A stretch of DNA of 62,849 bases, filler included, from Vannella sp. (taxonomy: Eukaryota), in assembly GCA_023345925.1 (NCBI GenBank). It is 6 parts of 6 records of this genome, joined end to end, with 100 filler letters (N's around TTAATTAATTAA, not from the genome) between each part and the next. Parts side by side here need not be neighbours in the genome. Positions count along the whole stretch, not along the records: positions 59,834 to 62,849 come from JAJQQN010001306.1; 5 more parts are not named here. One strand, written 5' to 3'. A program made the position numbers and the translations under genes. Shown piece by piece: positions 60,258 to 62,849 of this stretch. How positions within the stretch are numbered: the stretch's first letter is position 1; every line of letters starts with the position of its first letter. The notes under the pieces are model-generated. The model had not been told where the DNA came from. It worked only from the letters and a program-made list of their open reading frames with translations, and did no database searches.

Positions 60258-61031
60258 TTGAATGAAAGAAGCGATCATTTACCGATCTGGAATGCTTATG
60301 ATAACAATCGGTCGATTGTGTATGTGGGGAAACATGCCTTTCCCAACTTGGACCTAAAGAAAACAGCCTCATTCTTAAATAGGCAATGCTCACAGCCATC
60401 ATCGCGATCTGTTTCTCCCGAGGTTTTCATTTTCACTCCCTCCCATTCCCACGACATGTCACCTGAATTCGCGCTTGCTGCAGAGACCTACCGAGACAGA
60501 GGATTCACTTGCAACCGAATGACCAAACCACCCCAGACTCCTGAAGAAGGCTCTTTTGTCGGTCTTCTTGAACCAGTTCAAGTCAGACAGCTACGAAGTG
60601 ACGAAGGATGGTACTGGAATCAAGCCAAATCACCTGTTGAGGTGTCACTACCAGAAGGAGTGACCATTCTTATCCGAAAGCTCATCCTCCGGCCCAAGAA
60701 AGATTCTCGTCCTTCGAGCCCACCAGCGAAGATATGGACGTTCTCACAAAGAGGAGGACCTGCTGGTTCACTCCCAGCTTATGCTGTTTGGTTCCAAAAG
60801 CTCCCCAACAGTGGAAACCGCACCTCAAGCACATGCGATGCTTCCTCACCCCTGGAACCAGTCGCTCTCCCTCGCATTCGATCAACACCTTTGATTATGG
60901 ACGACCCCTTCCAACTGAGGCTCGAGGACTACGACTTTTTGGCTCCCTTCATGGAGTCCACGTTGGCCGATGAGTTCTGGCCGAATCGTAAGATGATCGC
61001 TTCCACACCTCTGACTTATTCTTTTCCATAA
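60258..61031 (+). CDS. Uncharacterised protein, possible CG-1-like DNA-binding domain
   Basis: PPQTPEEGSFV...QLRSDEGWYWNQ; 5' structure unresolved. Confidence 0.45.
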   Translation: MNERSDHLPIWNAYDNNRSIVYVGKHAFPNLDLKKTASFLNRQCSQPSSRSVSPEVFIFTPSHSHDMSPEFALAAETYRDRGFTCNRMTKPPQTPEEGSFVGLLEPVQVRQLRSDEGWYWNQAKSPVEVSLPEGVTILIRKLILRPKKDSRPSSPPAKIWTFSQRGGPAGSLPAYAVWFQKLPNSGNRTSSTCDASSPLEPVALPRIRSTPLIMDDPFQLRLEDYDFLAPFMESTLADEFWPNRKMIASTPLTYSFP

Positions 61032-61554
61032 GGAAGACGATGACGCAGTCAGAGGACCAGTTGGGAGGTGATCGATGTTGCTTGTGTCTCCCTCTTCGGG
61101 CTCCTTTGGAAGGGCGAATTGACACCGCTAATAAATCACTTTAATGTTCTCAATTGTCAAAGAACGTCCCCACTCTGGTAGTACCAAAAGGGACACGTTG
61201 TCGAGAGCAACCCACTCCTTTGCCTTAGCACTTAGTAGATCCTTGTCGCAGGTTCCCCAAACGGACGTGCGTCAACCCTTTTCCTCTGCTTTCTCTATGA
61301 CATGCCCTTCTGCTAGCACAGCATGAACGGCGTCAGTGAGATCAGACAAGGTGTTGCTTCGAACGACCTCATGAGTAAGACTTTAGCTTTAGTTGAACTT
61401 TCTTAATTGTCAAGTCCTCGGGGAGTTACTGACAATTTTCCGCCATTTTCAGAGTTGCTGAGTTCTCAGAAGGGATCCAACTTTTGGGTTTGGTTCGTTG
61501 CGAGTTTGAAAGGAACGAACTGAACAGTGGACGAGGCTGTGATGGAGACAATAT

Positions 61555-62849
61555 TTATTTGGGAGGGACATTGATCTCCCCTACTCGGACACAGACACAT
61601 GTGGTGTGATCCATCTTTCCAGGGTACAATCGATAATCTTTGGGTAAGCGGCCATGTGGGTTGTCCTGCATCCAAGTGGCAGAGGCAGCGCAGGTCTCTT
61701 TGCAATAAGACATAATATTGTTCACTACCTCTAATGGCGATGGAAAATCGTCAATGGCCGAAGTGGGAGCGGACTGACTGTCAAGTTGCCTCTTCTTGTA
61801 AGCGCTATCGAGTTGGCCATAGATCACTTGACTCAGTAACCGCAGACGATACCTATTTTTGACCTCCTCAGATTGCACAAAGTCTGGGACTTGGTCCCAC
61901 TCATCTGCTTCGATATCAAGATCGCGTGGAAGGAAGCCTAAATGGGCGGGGTCCAAGTTATCATGAACACCGTCGGATACGATCATGATGTAGTCCCCTT
62001 CGTGACAGGCAAAGAAACCAAGTTCTAAGTTGCGTAGATCCGGTAAGTTGCCGTCAATATAAGGTCCCAAGCGGCCACCAGGATCTGAAGCTGACAGAGT
62101 GCCAGTGCGATTGCTGGCTGTGATGTCGGAAAACTCTTTGGTGACGCAACTCCAGTGGAAGGCTTTGCAGTCTCCAACGGAAACATACACGAACCCGTGG
62201 GTAGGTAGAGGCAGGGAATCCTCCAGAGTGACCTCAACTTCATCTACGTCCAAGTCAAGAATCATGCCTCCAAGGAGAGTCGTTGTGCCAATCATACTCT
62301 TCTCCGGGTCGATTCCTTTGAAGATCTCTGCGTTTGCCATTGATAGGGCACGGAGAACCAGCCGCCCAGCGTACTGGACATCTCCAACCTCAGCTTGATG
62401 ATTGTGAAGGTAGCGGATGAAGGCATTGAGTGATGCACGGGCAGCATTCCGAGGGGGGTCGCCCCAATTGCAGCCATCGGCTACTCCAAGAATCATCCTT
62501 GTTGGATAAATGGAGCAATGGTACTGATCACAGATAGGAGAACCCTCCCTTGCCATTCGCGGCTCCACGTTGGGATCATCTGACGGGATGGGGAGAAGGG
62601 GATATGTTGTAATAGCTGTAGCGCACATAAAATTGGAGGAATGAGCAACCTTTCTGAGGGACTCTTCCTCCTCCTCAAGGTCTGGCCCATCCAGTAAGAC
62701 CAAGGGCTCGAGAGAAGTGGGAGGCTGCACAGGGAACTTGAGGAGGTCATGATGCAGGGGCTCGGCAATTAGATCGATGACTTTCCGCTCCTCCTGATCC
62801 TCAAAGCGGTCACTTTGATTCACGCGGCGTTGCAGAATTGTACAGATGT
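61555..62849 (-). CDS. PP2C-like (CG9801-type) phosphatase-domain protein, 5' end outside the window
   Basis: GSPICD, VADGCNWG, GTTTL, SVGDCK, DPGGRLGP, SDGVHDNLDP, GKMDHTT. Confidence 0.82.
   Translation of the reverse strand, partial: ICTILQRRVNQSDRFEDQEERKVIDLIAEPLHHDLLKFPVQPPTSLEPLVLLDGPDLEEEEESLRKVAHSSNFMCATAITTYPLLPIPSDDPNVEPRMAREGSPICDQYHCSIYPTRMILGVADGCNWGDPPRNAARASLNAFIRYLHNHQAEVGDVQYAGRLVLRALSMANAEIFKGIDPEKSMIGTTTLLGGMILDLDVDEVEVTLEDSLPLPTHGFVYVSVGDCKAFHWSCVTKEFSDITASNRTGTLSASDPGGRLGPYIDGNLPDLRNLELGFFACHEGDYIMIVSDGVHDNLDPAHLGFLPRDLDIEADEWDQVPDFVQSEEVKNRYRLRLLSQVIYGQLDSAYKKRQLDSQSAPTSAIDDFPSPLEVVNNIMSYCKETCAASATWMQDNPHGRLPKDYRLYPGKMDHTTCVCVRVGEINVPPK

Overview
Gene-dense eukaryotic (protist) nuclear DNA in the standard genetic code. 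Introns are short GT-AG type (mostly about 45-65 nt) with CTRAC/CTCAC-like branch points, and intergenic gaps are often under 100 nt. The window is not one locus: it is six contigs joined by artificial 100-nt spacers (N44-TTAATTAATTAA-N44), so gene adjacency across spacers means nothing. About 36 genes or fragments are visible. Housekeeping genes include NOM1/Sgd1, PIG-S, mitochondrial EF-Tu, KRR1, TOR, MRS2, AHCY, RPAP3, UBE2T, PSF3, a PAK kinase, a formin and an elongase. An amoebozoan origin is inferred (not proven) from a CudA-like fragment and the gene repertoire. No rRNA, tRNA, CRISPR array or intact mobile element was recognised. The most interesting items are: a myosin-motor-like protein whose nucleotide-binding motifs are all degenerate; an intronless fusion of enoyl-CoA hydratase and 3-hydroxyisobutyryl-CoA hydrolase; a coiled-coil protein with a HAP1/TRAK/BICD-type CC1 box; a protein built of six ~40-aa Trp-rich repeats; an intronless Ski2/DDX60-like helicase with an odd motif II; a FYVE-like-finger formin; an active/pseudo PP2C-like pair; several bacterial-type enzymes with introns; and TTTAGGG telo-box-like promoter motifs. 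All calls come from motif recognition by eye; no searches were run, and exon boundaries and some starts are approximate.
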